64,000 bases of DNA, from the NCBI GenBank assembly GCA_019057385.1, contig JAHQJS010000004.1, positions 1,072,968 to 1,136,967 on the forward strand. The letters run 5' to 3'. The notes beneath the pieces were generated by a model. That model was not told the origin of the DNA, did no database searches, and saw only the letters and a list, made by a program, of their open reading frames with translations. A program made the position numbers and the translations under genes. This document shows, piece by piece, positions 52,043 through 62,072 of the stretch (positions within the stretch are counted from its first letter, which is position 1; every line of letters starts with the position of its first letter). Source of the DNA: Candidatus Borrarchaeum weybense (GTDB lineage: Archaea > Asgardarchaeota > Sifarchaeia > Borrarchaeales > Borrarchaeaceae).

Positions 52043-53107
52043 TTAGAGTATCTTACGTCTTGTAATTCTATTTTGTATATTTATTTTACCCAACTCGATC
52101 CGTTCAAGTATAGCAGCAGCTATAAGTGGAAAACATATTGTTATATCGCTAATGACTGTTGTATGTGTTTCGTTTTCTGCAGCTACTTTTCCCCAGGAAA
52201 TCGCCTCTTCTAATGTCGCACCAGATAGACCTCCAGGTTCAGGACGATCCATAGTTATCTGAATTACATATTTTAAGGGCTTTTTTAGTTCATTTCCTGC
52301 TTGAAATATGAAATTTTTTGGCACGCCGCCTCCTAATATGACTGCTGCAGTGTTTTTAGATCCTTCAAATATCTGAAAGAACTCTTTTAAGTCTTGATAT
52401 ACGTCGATCTTCGGATGGGCTCCTCTTAAAGCATCTACTTCTTCCCTACTACAACCTGCTTCAATGAAATCCTGTTCCCATTTATCAACTCCCCATGAAA
52501 TTATCCCAAAGCAAGAATCAGTAATAGCTGGGACAAAAATGGGAATATCTGCCTTATAGGCATTATAGATCACTGATTCACTCAATAGACTTTTATCAGA
52601 AACTAATTGTTCTAGATGTTCTGCCAATAAGCGAAACAGTTCTGGAGTAGTGATTTTAGGCATATTCTGAATTTCTTTATAAAATTTCAATACGGGTAAA
52701 TCAAACCATTTAACATAGTTCCATTCTGGAACAAATACATCGTAAATACGATATATACCGGTTTTATACAATTCTCTATCATCAACTTGGCATTTTCCTT
52801 TAATATGGTGTCCGCCAAATGCTTCTAATGCGTCATGAACAAGATTTGCGCCTGTAGATACAATTGCATCTATAGCATTGGCCCTGAGTAAGGCTGAAAT
52901 TACTCCTTTCATTCCAGAAGGTGTCATTGCGCCAGACAAACCTAAGAATACACTACATTCATCATCATTAAGCATTTTTTCGTAGATTTCAGTAGCTTCT
53001 GCTAATCTACCAGCACCGAAACATCCAGATTTTTTCATTTCTAATATTATTTCATTAACGGTCATTTTAGGTCGAATAGTTAAAGGACGGATAACATCAT
53101 CCATCAT
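52043..53107 (-). CDS. dys: Deoxyhypusine synthase
   Basis: STGANLVHD, RIYD, PAITDS, LGGGVPKNF, GGLSGATLEEAISWGK. Confidence 0.93.
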   Translation of the reverse strand: MMDDVIRPLTIRPKMTVNEIILEMKKSGCFGAGRLAEATEIYEKMLNDDECSVFLGLSGAMTPSGMKGVISALLRANAIDAIVSTGANLVHDALEAFGGHHIKGKCQVDDRELYKTGIYRIYDVFVPEWNYVKWFDLPVLKFYKEIQNMPKITTPELFRLLAEHLEQLVSDKSLLSESVIYNAYKADIPIFVPAITDSCFGIISWGVDKWEQDFIEAGCSREEVDALRGAHPKIDVYQDLKEFFQIFEGSKNTAAVILGGGVPKNFIFQAGNELKKPLKYVIQITMDRPEPGGLSGATLEEAISWGKVAAENETHTTVISDITICFPLIAAAILERIELGKINIQNRITRRKIL

Positions 53108-53144
53108 TATTTTCTCTCCTTATTATTAAATTATTTTTAAAATG

Positions 53145-54113
53145 TTATTTTTTTTCCTTAAATGCAAGATAAACCATACTCAACCCAGGTAGAGCAAATG
53201 GAATTCTTTCTTCAATGTTAGCAAAAGATTTGAAAAGAATTTTAAGCCACTTTGGTGGGTCAGACATCTCAAGATATGTGCTGGGAATAAAATTGGTTAC
53301 TGAATGAATTGTCCAATTCTTTACTACTTTTAGATGATATTTCGCAAGTTCGAGCTTTAATCCTTTCGCAGTAAATGCTTTTATATTGCATCTCTGATCT
53401 TCGGGTTGGTCAAGTGGATATCTATTTATGATATAGTCCGCAAGTGGGGCAAAAATATCTCTAATTGCCTTGAAAAAAGGTTTGTCATATCCCCACCTGT
53501 TTTTTAAGCTGGCATCTAAAACTGACCAAAATAAATCTAGATTCCATCTTGAGTCACCTTCTAGAATAACGGTACCACCTGGTTTTAATACCCTTGCAAT
53601 TTCAGAAATTGCCAACTGATGATCTTCAATAAAGCAAAGCGTGCTACCGCAACAATTTATGTGATCGTAACTCTCGTTTACGAAAGGCAGGTATCTAGCA
53701 TCCGCTATCTGAAAACTCGGTTGTTTGTATTGGTTTCCTGCAATTTCCTTGCTCAACAGAGCACCAATTAACTGATTGTATCTCTCAACAAAATCATAAT
53801 ACGATGGGAACAGATTAATTTTCTTTTCTGGCTTAAAATTTAAGGATTTTTGATTTGCAACTTTTACTAGTCCTTCTGTAATATCTATTCCAACCACAGA
53901 GGCTCCCGCAGTAGCGTGTAAAAATGATTGAAAGCCCGTCCCGCATCCTACATCTAGTACAGTTTTAGGGCTGTACTTTGTGATAATTTCCTTTGCAACT
54001 ATAAAATGAAGACGAGAGAATAACCAAGCATACCACAACTCTTGTATTTCATCGTAAGTGTTTACCATAGTGTTAAATATCTCGGCGGCGCTCATTTTAT
54101 CGTCACTTACCAA
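53145..54113 (-). CDS. Class I SAM-dependent methyltransferase
   Basis: VLDVGCGTG, GID, ADARYLPF, RVLKPGG. Confidence 0.9.
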   Translation of the reverse strand: MVSDDKMSAAEIFNTMVNTYDEIQELWYAWLFSRLHFIVAKEIITKYSPKTVLDVGCGTGFQSFLHATAGASVVGIDITEGLVKVANQKSLNFKPEKKINLFPSYYDFVERYNQLIGALLSKEIAGNQYKQPSFQIADARYLPFVNESYDHINCCGSTLCFIEDHQLAISEIARVLKPGGTVILEGDSRWNLDLFWSVLDASLKNRWGYDKPFFKAIRDIFAPLADYIINRYPLDQPEDQRCNIKAFTAKGLKLELAKYHLKVVKNWTIHSVTNFIPSTYLEMSDPPKWLKILFKSFANIEERIPFALPGLSMVYLAFKEKK

Positions 54114-54207
54114 GTTTCACAATAAAATAATGCATTAATCGTCAAAATATGAGAAAATCAATCTTGAGATTCATTCTGCATAAAATTTAGAAAACAAGCT
54201 ACTAAAA

Positions 54208-54792
54208 CTATAGGATTCTACAACCTTCTTCAATTTCCCAGGGTACGTAAATTAATGCCACGATTACGCAGCCATTGTTTTCTTTGACTTCTATAGATTC
54301 TGCTTGTATTGACTTTTCGGTTATTTTTAACATTCTTACTCGTGCCATTTCATCTAATTTATCGGAAAGTGAACGTTCTACACTTTCTTTTGACTTAAAG
54401 CCATGGTCTTCTGCAACTATACCGAAGTTGACACCATTGTCGCGATCACCGAATGCCCATGCCACACCTGCACCAATAGTCTCTCCATATTGCCCATCCA
54501 TTCTTGCTAAGACAGCAAAAGTTATTGTGCCTGGTGTTATCACTGGAATCGGATTTTTTAGCTGAATGGCATCTGGCGGAAGGATGGACGATACCTGAAC
54601 AATATTACACTGGTCAATGTGTGCTGTCATTAATGCCATATCAAATGCGTTTAGCGATGTTCCACTTTCACCTTTTCCACTTGTAATGAAAAATTTCCTG
54701 GGGAGAAACATACCATGTTGTTGAAGTAATTTAGCATACACCCAAATACCACTTCCTCCAAAAAAATTAGCGCGTATTGAATTAGTTTTCAT
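54208..54792 (-). CDS. pdaD: Pyruvoyl-dependent arginine decarboxylase (likely start at MFLPRK)
   Basis: LNAFD.AL, NIVQVSSILPP self-cleavage SS motif. Confidence 0.92.
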   Translation of the reverse strand: MKTNSIRANFFGGSGIWVYAKLLQQHGMFLPRKFFITSGKGESGTSLNAFDMALMTAHIDQCNIVQVSSILPPDAIQLKNPIPVITPGTITFAVLARMDGQYGETIGAGVAWAFGDRDNGVNFGIVAEDHGFKSKESVERSLSDKLDEMARVRMLKITEKSIQAESIEVKENNGCVIVALIYVPWEIEEGCRIL

Positions 54793-55592
54793 TTTTGTAT
54801 TCTAAAATTAATGACTTTTTTTATTAATTGAAAAAATTCGGAGCATCTTGTTGCCCTTGCTCAAATTCTATTGCTTTTCGCTATTAATTACGTCTATAAT
54901 GAATAAAGCATCCTCATGCTTTTTAAAGATTTCTATTCAAATCATTACGACGAACTCATTATTTTAGGCGTTTATTCACCTATAAAAGATCTCTTTTCTT
55001 TAAAAACAGCCTTTTTTTTGATATTAGACTATATAAGCGAAAAAAAGATAATTAGATCGCTTAAAACATATTAAACTCGAATTTTCTACACTCTCGTTCC
55101 AGAGAACGTATTTCCTTTTCGAAAAAAGGGTAATCGTTCATCAAAATCTATTTAACCCCCATCTGACGCTATTTTAGGCTACTTTGGTGTGATGCTGTAT
55201 ATATGTTACAATCATCGCTGCATATTTTCTATTGTAACAACATAGAATGGCGTATTTTGAAAAATATAATATTTCGTTGCAGCTCTTATATTCACTTTTT
55301 TGAGAATAAGGTCTTTTAATAGATTTATGATTTCAAGTGACTATTCTTAAGTCAGAGATTCTTAATTATTTTAATTTGATGTTCATGTAAATAAAAGAAT
55401 TGAGGATAATCCTTTGTTTACCGTGATCATTAGAATTTTAAATGGAATAAAGTTCTAATTTTATTCTAATCGTCGCTAAGAAACTGGTTGGTACTAGTAA
55501 AAATATTTTTATGATTTAAAAGCGAGAATCAATTCATTAGAATTGATGGTTACATTTGGTCATTAAAAAAAACAGAGAATGAGGTCACTCAT

Positions 55593-55730
55593 ATGAGTAA
55601 AAAAACTAAGAGACTAAAAAAAATAGAACTCTGGGACGAAGGGTGGGACGAGGAAAAATTAGGCTTAGATAACGAATGGGAAAACAACGGCAAAGAGCTA
55701 GACGAAGGAGATTGGGAAGAGGAAGAATAA
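55593..55730 (+). CDS. 45-aa Lys-leader/Trp-acidic peptide MSKKTKRLKKIELWDEGWDEEKLGLDNEWENNGKELDEGDWEEEE
   Basis: Hand translation; GAGGT SD at 55581-55585; directly upstream of the enzyme cluster. Confidence 0.8.
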   Translation: MSKKTKRLKKIELWDEGWDEEKLGLDNEWENNGKELDEGDWEEEE

Positions 55731-55904
55731 AAAATTGATTGTGTCTATTTTTTTAGATTTTCATTCTTAGAACCTAATCAACTAAATCCTTCGATATTAG
55801 CCGCGAAATAGTAGTAAACGTTCTTACGAGCGTTTTTCATGTGCATGCAATAATAGCATAAACTTTAAATATTCCTTGATAGATTATCGATTCAACATCA
55901 AATT

Positions 55905-56945
55905 ATGTTGGGGAAAAAAATTAGCAAGTGGGTAAACAAACGTCGGCTTGTAGGCAAGACTATTTTTGTACGTTCTAAGAATATTGAGTCTATCATAGCC
56001 TGCAAGAGGTTGTTTTTGAAATTTGAAGGAGGGAATCCCACAGGTACACAAAAAGATCGCATCGCTAAGGCACTTGCTGAAGATGCTGTTCAAAAAAGGT
56101 ATCACCAAATTGCCGTAGGTTCTTGTGGAAACTTCGGGGCTGCAATTGCTCTTGCTGCTAAAGATTTCAATATAGAGGCACATATCTACATTCCTACGGA
56201 ATATCATACAAGAAGGATAGAAGAAATTGAAGAAAAATATAGAGGGACGATCCATAGGGTCGTTGGAACTTATGAAAATGCAGTAGAAAAATGCTCTGAG
56301 GATGCAGAAAAAAATGGATGGTATGATGCAAATCCAGGATTTCCACATACTACTGAGATCGCGCTAAATGCTTATGGACAGATCTCAAAAGAAATTTACA
56401 GCGCCTTAGGATATGCACCAGATATCATCTCTGTTCCAGTAGGAAACGGAACAACCCTCGCAGGTATTTTTAACGGTTTCTTTAAGTATTTTCAAGAGGA
56501 AAAAATAAAAAAATTGCCTAAAATGGTTGCTGCCAGCACATTACGAGGTAATCCGATTGTAAAAAGTTTCAAAAATCATTATCAGATCATTAAGGACTTA
56601 CAACCATCTGAAATAAAAGAAACACCTTATAATGAGCCTCTTGTAAATTGGCATGCTTATGATGGACAAATAGCCCTTGACGCGGTTTATAACAGTTATG
56701 GATTCGCAGAATACGCGTCTGATACACGAATGATTGAATTTTCAAGATTACTAAAAAGAGAAGAAGGATTAAACGTCTTACCAGCATCAGCATGTAGTCT
56801 TGCTGTCTTATCTTCGGTCTTAAAGAAAAATCACTCAAATGGGACTAAATCAACAATCGTTGCGATATTGACAGGCAGAGTACCATATAATGGTCATCAA
56901 AGACGAAATAATCATATGAATAACACTAGTGCAAATCAAAAGTGA
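55905..56945 (+). CDS. Fold-type II PLP enzyme (threonine synthase-like)
   Basis: LKFEGGNPTGTQKDR (PLP Lys), GSCGNFG, VPVGNGT, ILTG. Confidence 0.88.
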   Translation: MLGKKISKWVNKRRLVGKTIFVRSKNIESIIACKRLFLKFEGGNPTGTQKDRIAKALAEDAVQKRYHQIAVGSCGNFGAAIALAAKDFNIEAHIYIPTEYHTRRIEEIEEKYRGTIHRVVGTYENAVEKCSEDAEKNGWYDANPGFPHTTEIALNAYGQISKEIYSALGYAPDIISVPVGNGTTLAGIFNGFFKYFQEEKIKKLPKMVAASTLRGNPIVKSFKNHYQIIKDLQPSEIKETPYNEPLVNWHAYDGQIALDAVYNSYGFAEYASDTRMIEFSRLLKREEGLNVLPASACSLAVLSSVLKKNHSNGTKSTIVAILTGRVPYNGHQRRNNHMNNTSANQK

Positions 56946-57040
56946 AACAAAACTGTGTTAATTAAGGAAAATTACTAATATGAAACTTTGTTTATACGTT
57001 ATTTCTTTAAAAAGACAGCGAGATTCAAGGAGATTTTTAA

Positions 57041-58396
57041 GTGGAAATATTTGGACTTTATGATGATAATGGAATAAAAATACGTTTTCGAGATAATATT
57101 TATGAAATTATTTATCCTAACAGAATTTGGTCGCATTACCCCGATGCCGATAAGGAGATTTTATTAGATCATCTAGCTTATGTTACAACGATTCACCTCC
57201 CTATAGTCTTCGGCGAGGGAAAGATGTTATACAACACGGGCCTTCCTTTTTTTGAGCCTTTTTTTTTCAAGAACTTGATTATGGACTTTCCCTCTTGCGC
57301 TGAAGTTGATGATACGAAAACATCTGACTTGATCCGCCAGTTTATGAACCTAAAAGTGCAGTTCGAGGACATTCAAGTAAAATTTCCACAATTTGATGTG
57401 CAAACAGACGAAAATTCTTCTGTAGTTGCACTTTCTTTCGGAAAGGATAGTTTATTGACGTATGCCGTAGCGCAAGAAATCAAACTACATCCCAAAATTG
57501 TATATATTGTCGAACCTTCAATGAAATATGAAGAAAAACACAAAACGCTCCTTGCTGAGAAATTCTACAACGAATTTGGGGTAAACTTACATAAAATAAC
57601 TCACACAGTTGGACAATTACATAATTATGAGTATTTGAATGTTGCTCAAACTGAGCTTGGCTGGGGGCTTCAATCCACAGAATACGCACTTGAGATGCTA
57701 CCTCTCGCTTACAATTATCAGACAAAATACCTGTTGTTTGGAAATGAACAGAGCTGCGGAGAATATACCTATGATAAAGAGGGCTTTATAAACCATCCCG
57801 CCTATGATCAATCACATAATTGGACTGTGCAAATCTCGGCAATGACACAATCTTTGACGAATCGAAATGTATGTACCGTCAGTTTAATCGAGCCTTTAAA
57901 TGATATAGCGGTTATGTATGTATTACAGCATCGATATCCAGAGATCGGAAAATATGAAATGTCTTGCTTTACTGAGACTGAAGCCGGTCGAGATTCTCGA
58001 TGGTGCCAATCTTGTTCTGTATGTGGCAAAATGTATCTTTTATTAGTCGCAACTGGTTTTGATCCAAAACATGTTGGCTTCACAAAAAATATGCTTTCAC
58101 GTGAGTATAATAGCTATTTTTCTCTATTTGGTGGCAAAAAAGTTCATACATATGCGCTTACCGGCTTAGGATATAAAGAGCAACTTTTTGCATTTTATCT
58201 TGCAAGTAAACGAGGTAATAAAAGTGACCTAGTTCTAGACTTTGAGAATAGCCCACTTTATGAAAAGGCAAAAGAACGAGAGGAGGAACTTTATAAAATC
58301 TTTTTTGACATTCACAAGAGTATAACATTACCTCAAGATTTATTTGAAAAAGTCTCCAAAATTTATAAGGAAGAAATTGAAAGTTTTGAATATTGA
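57041..58396 (+). CDS. PP-loop ATP pyrophosphatase-family protein resembling MurL (peptidyl-Glu epimerase)
   Basis: SFGKDSLL PP-loop, GNE.S, NH..DQS, MSC, WCQSCSVC motifs in MurL-like order. Confidence 0.55.
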   Translation: MEIFGLYDDNGIKIRFRDNIYEIIYPNRIWSHYPDADKEILLDHLAYVTTIHLPIVFGEGKMLYNTGLPFFEPFFFKNLIMDFPSCAEVDDTKTSDLIRQFMNLKVQFEDIQVKFPQFDVQTDENSSVVALSFGKDSLLTYAVAQEIKLHPKIVYIVEPSMKYEEKHKTLLAEKFYNEFGVNLHKITHTVGQLHNYEYLNVAQTELGWGLQSTEYALEMLPLAYNYQTKYLLFGNEQSCGEYTYDKEGFINHPAYDQSHNWTVQISAMTQSLTNRNVCTVSLIEPLNDIAVMYVLQHRYPEIGKYEMSCFTETEAGRDSRWCQSCSVCGKMYLLLVATGFDPKHVGFTKNMLSREYNSYFSLFGGKKVHTYALTGLGYKEQLFAFYLASKRGNKSDLVLDFENSPLYEKAKEREEELYKIFFDIHKSITLPQDLFEKVSKIYKEEIESFEY

Positions 58397-58409
58397 GGTG
58401 CAGAAATAA

Positions 58410-59408
58410 TTGAAACAGCTAAATGTAGCATTAGTATGCAATACAAGAATAACGGATGACGCATTCCAAGTTGAATACGATCCGCTAGATACTATAGGAA
58501 AAATTGAGTACGCTATTCGTTCTACGGGCCATAATTTTATATTCATTGAAGCCGATGAAACTGCATATAACGAATTGAGAGAATGTAAACCCGACATTGT
58601 GTTTAATAGGGCTGAAGGAATGCGTGGAGAAAGTAGAGAATCTCATATTCCTGCCATTTTAGAAATGCTGAATATTCCATATGTTGGATCTAATATACTT
58701 ACCACTGCTATTGCCCTTGATAAAGGTACTACAAAAAAGATTTTATCTTTTCATGGAATCAAAAATGCTCGCTTTCAAGTATTTGAGTATTTCAATGAAC
58801 CATTTGTACATGAACTTAGTTTTCCTTTGATTTTAAAGCCGAATCATGAAGGATCGAGCGTAGGTATAGATACAGATAACGTAGTGCATTATAAGACAGA
58901 CTTTCGTAAAAAGTTAACACAAATGTTAGAAAATTACAAAGAATCGATTTTAGCGGAAGAATTTATTGAAGGTAGAGAATTTAGCGTGGGAATATTAGGT
59001 AACAGAAATAACCTTCGTGTCTTGCCTATCCTTGAGATTGACTTCAGTAAACTTCCAGCAGACGTCGGGACGGTATATGGTCAAAAAGCAAAGACGATAC
59101 TTGATACACCACTTGCCCATATTTGTCCTGCTAAAATAGCAGATTCTTTGAGAAAAAAAATAGAACAGATCTCTATTCAAACATTTAACGCCCTTAATTG
59201 TTATGATTTTGCAAGAATCGATCTTCGAATGAACGCATCGGAAGAATTATTTATCTTAGAAGTAAATCCGCTACCTGGTCTTGATTATAATTTAGAAGAA
59301 AACGAAATAAGTTTTTATCCTGTTATGGCTTTTGCTTCGGGTATGAACTTCGATGAAATGATTCAAGAAATTCTGCAAACTGCAATCGATCGATATCAGT
59401 TGCATTAA
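58410..59408 (+). CDS. D-Ala-D-Ala ligase-like ATP-grasp enzyme
   Basis: LEMLNIPYVGS, LDK, LKP..EGSS.G, EEFIEGREF, ARID.R, LEVNPLPG. Confidence 0.9.
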   Translation: MKQLNVALVCNTRITDDAFQVEYDPLDTIGKIEYAIRSTGHNFIFIEADETAYNELRECKPDIVFNRAEGMRGESRESHIPAILEMLNIPYVGSNILTTAIALDKGTTKKILSFHGIKNARFQVFEYFNEPFVHELSFPLILKPNHEGSSVGIDTDNVVHYKTDFRKKLTQMLENYKESILAEEFIEGREFSVGILGNRNNLRVLPILEIDFSKLPADVGTVYGQKAKTILDTPLAHICPAKIADSLRKKIEQISIQTFNALNCYDFARIDLRMNASEELFILEVNPLPGLDYNLEENEISFYPVMAFASGMNFDEMIQEILQTAIDRYQLH

Positions 59409-59476
59409 AAATAGAAGGTGTCCCTGCGATTATACAGTATCCACCTCAAAAGATTATTGAACTAACAAACAAATGT

Positions 59477-59986
59477 TTGAAAAGACATTTTGGTAACCAT
59501 TTTCATATTACAATGGAAACAAAACTAGATCATCTGAAATTGACTTCCATTCAACTGATCGATACCAAGAATTTTCGAAAAGAATTGAGATACTCTGTCG
59601 AAGAGTTTATAGAACGAATAAAGCATCCAGATTTTCATAGTTTATTAATTTATAATCAAGATCTTTTAGTAGCATTTTTATTCGGCTACAGAGATGAGTC
59701 TCTTGATGGCGCATTTTATCTTGATACGATTGCATCCATCTTGCAGAGAAAAGGCATAGGAACGTTGCTTTTACACTGTGCATGCGTTATTTGCTATCTG
59801 ATGGGGTTTGAATATATGACTTTGAGAACTGAATTGAAGGATGAAAAGGGACAACACCCCTTCGAGTTTTTCAAGAAGAATGGTTTTTACCGAATCGAGT
59901 GTCCTCCAGAAGAAGGCATCGCTATGAAAAAAGAGTTTACAGAAAATGATGTTATCACTTATCTTGATATGTTAAAAAATAAATAA
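59477..59986 (+). CDS. GNAT N-acetyltransferase
   Basis: YLDTIA...QRKGIGTLLL motif A; F..K.GF. Confidence 0.8.
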   Translation: MKRHFGNHFHITMETKLDHLKLTSIQLIDTKNFRKELRYSVEEFIERIKHPDFHSLLIYNQDLLVAFLFGYRDESLDGAFYLDTIASILQRKGIGTLLLHCACVICYLMGFEYMTLRTELKDEKGQHPFEFFKKNGFYRIECPPEEGIAMKKEFTENDVITYLDMLKNK

Positions 59987-60016
59987 AGCCTGAGAATTGA
60001 ATGATATATTTGTGGG

Positions 60017-60352
60017 TTATCTCATTGATAATTCCAGGCGCTCTAGAACTCCGTTAGCTTTCGATTCTGTGAAACTTCTTCCTTCATCTGTTAGTTTATA
60101 GATGTGCCGTTGTGGTGCATCCTTCGGGTCTTCTGATGAGTCTTTAACAATATATTGTAGTTCACATAGACCACTCAGATGACGATATACATTTCTGATA
60201 TCTGGTGAACCTATGTCATGTTCGAACTTATTCAGCAATTGCCATATTTTATAACCATACGGAGAACTATTCTTCTTCTCTAGGTGGTACATTATTGCGA
60301 GAATTTTCTGCTTTGTTTTGCTTAGAGCCGAAGAGGGACTCATTTTAAACAC
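60017..60352 (-). CDS. PadR-like wHTH transcriptional regulator
   Basis: YGY.I...L, VY..L..L, R..YKLTDEGR. Confidence 0.85.
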   Translation of the reverse strand: MFKMSPSSALSKTKQKILAIMYHLEKKNSSPYGYKIWQLLNKFEHDIGSPDIRNVYRHLSGLCELQYIVKDSSEDPKDAPQRHIYKLTDEGRSFTESKANGVLERLELSMR

Positions 60353-60390
60353 AACTCTATAGCAATGTTTAAATAGTCTTGACTTATAAA

Positions 60391-60406
60391 CCTACCTATA
60401 GGTAGG
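60391..60406. promoter_or_regulatory. Perfect 16-bp palindrome CCTACCTATAGGTAGG, putative PadR operator
   Basis: Self-complementary; abuts a TTATAAA TATA-like box (60384-60390) between divergent PadR and MFS genes. Confidence 0.7.
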
Positions 60407-60505
60407 ACGATCATAGACAAAGTATATCGTGGTCCATTCGTATGAATAAGATCAGAATTACTTTAGACACTTGCTTCGATTACATGAAGAAAGTGGATTC
60501 AATGT

Positions 60506-61084
60506 GTGAGCGTGATAATTATGGCAAGAAAGCTTTTTATTGTAATCGCCATCGCCAGTGTTCTCAGCTCACTTACCGTTGGTCTAATTGGTCCCATATA
60601 CCCTATTTTTATTACTGAGAAGATTTCTGCATCAATCATTAATGTAGGTATGATTTACGCAGTTTTTTATGCCGTGGGGGCTTTTGTAAAACTTCCTGCT
60701 GGCAAATTAGCAGATAAATACGGGAAGGCAAAATTGCTTTTTATTGGAGGCGCCCTAGGTGCTGGATGTACATTTGGATACACGCTCTCATCTACTATCT
60801 GGCATCTAATTCTAATTGAAGTTTTGAACGGTTGTGCCTATGCTATAACTCGACCAGCTATGCTGGCATTATTAGCTGACATCACAAATCCCAAGAAAAG
60901 AAGTTTTCAAATGGGGTTATTTGACTCGGTCTACGATTTCTCAATCGCTGGCTCCGCTTTCGTAGCAGGTGTGATCGTAAGTGTCTATGGATTTGCATTC
61001 ATATTTTATCTCTGTGCATTTTTACAATTAAGTTCTGGAGTATTAGCATACAAGTCAGTACATTTTATTGACATAAAACGTTGA
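60506..61084 (+). CDS. Half-size (6-TM) MFS protein
   Basis: Motif A GKLADKYGK, six TM segments, clean stop. Confidence 0.8.
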   Translation: MSVIIMARKLFIVIAIASVLSSLTVGLIGPIYPIFITEKISASIINVGMIYAVFYAVGAFVKLPAGKLADKYGKAKLLFIGGALGAGCTFGYTLSSTIWHLILIEVLNGCAYAITRPAMLALLADITNPKKRSFQMGLFDSVYDFSIAGSAFVAGVIVSVYGFAFIFYLCAFLQLSSGVLAYKSVHFIDIKR

Positions 61085-61354
61085 TTTCAAAGCAAATGAC
61101 CAAAGAATAACAGCAAAAAACTATAATTCAAAAGATTTTGTAAGTTATAAAACAACTTTTTGCATGCAAATACGCGTTAGTTTTTTATCGATGAATTTAT
61201 ATTGGATTAGCCTAAACATTTTTTTACAAATACATGTAAGAAAAAAGAATCGCTTTTTTTCTAAGTTAGAACTCTTGATCAAGATATTTTCAATAATCGT
61301 TTATGACTTAATTGGAGAAGTATATCTATAATTCACGCATAGTAGGGGCTTAAC

Positions 61355-62032
61355 TTGGTTGTTTTCTTAACATCTGACGCATTTATCAGCCTAATTGTTT
61401 CATGCATCGAGGTATATCGAAAAGAGGCCGCAGGAATACTGATGGGAGATTATGTTTTCAACAGTGACACGTACTACATAAAGGGTGTCATTCCGTTTCA
61501 ATCAGCTAATAGGAAATTTAGCGAAGTTGAATATCATCTTGCGCGAACACAAAGAATGCGTGAAAACTTGGAATTATGCCTTTCTGATTTTATCGGGTAT
61601 TTTCATTCACATCCTCAGTATTTCCAAGTGCAACCCACGACAGAACTGAGTCAAGATGATAAAGAATCTATGGAAGAGGATGATTTTGAGATTATTGTTT
61701 CCATTAAAGATTTGAAGCGTTATTCTCGTTGGGTTTTTAAGAAGAAGACAATGGAATTATCAGGGTGTGTTGGAAACTATGTACTAAACATAAGTGCGTA
61801 TTCTCGTGATGGCGATGAATTTTCCAGTCATAAGATAGTTTGTCCGTTCACGGACATACTTAACATGTTTAAAAAACACTATATAAAGGTAAACGCGTGG
61901 AATTCAATCAACAAGAACACACAACGAAAACTCAGGCGACTAATATCAGCATATGAAGAAGCAAAACTGAAGAACAACAATGGAGCGTCTTTGTTACAAG
62001 AAATTTCTAAAAGTCTAACGCGATTCATGTGA
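61355..62032 (+). CDS. JAB/MPN+ (JAMM) metalloprotease-domain protein
   Basis: E.AG.L.G, G.FHSHP, S..D JAMM motif. Confidence 0.8.
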   Translation: MVVFLTSDAFISLIVSCIEVYRKEAAGILMGDYVFNSDTYYIKGVIPFQSANRKFSEVEYHLARTQRMRENLELCLSDFIGYFHSHPQYFQVQPTTELSQDDKESMEEDDFEIIVSIKDLKRYSRWVFKKKTMELSGCVGNYVLNISAYSRDGDEFSSHKIVCPFTDILNMFKKHYIKVNAWNSINKNTQRKLRRLISAYEEAKLKNNNGASLLQEISKSLTRFM

Positions 62033-62072
62033 AAAAATCTTAAAGGGAACTCCTCTTTGATTCAGAGAGCAT

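Noticed and set aside
54793-55592. Long divergent intergenic region
   Set aside because: No additional peptide ORF or RNA structure recognised
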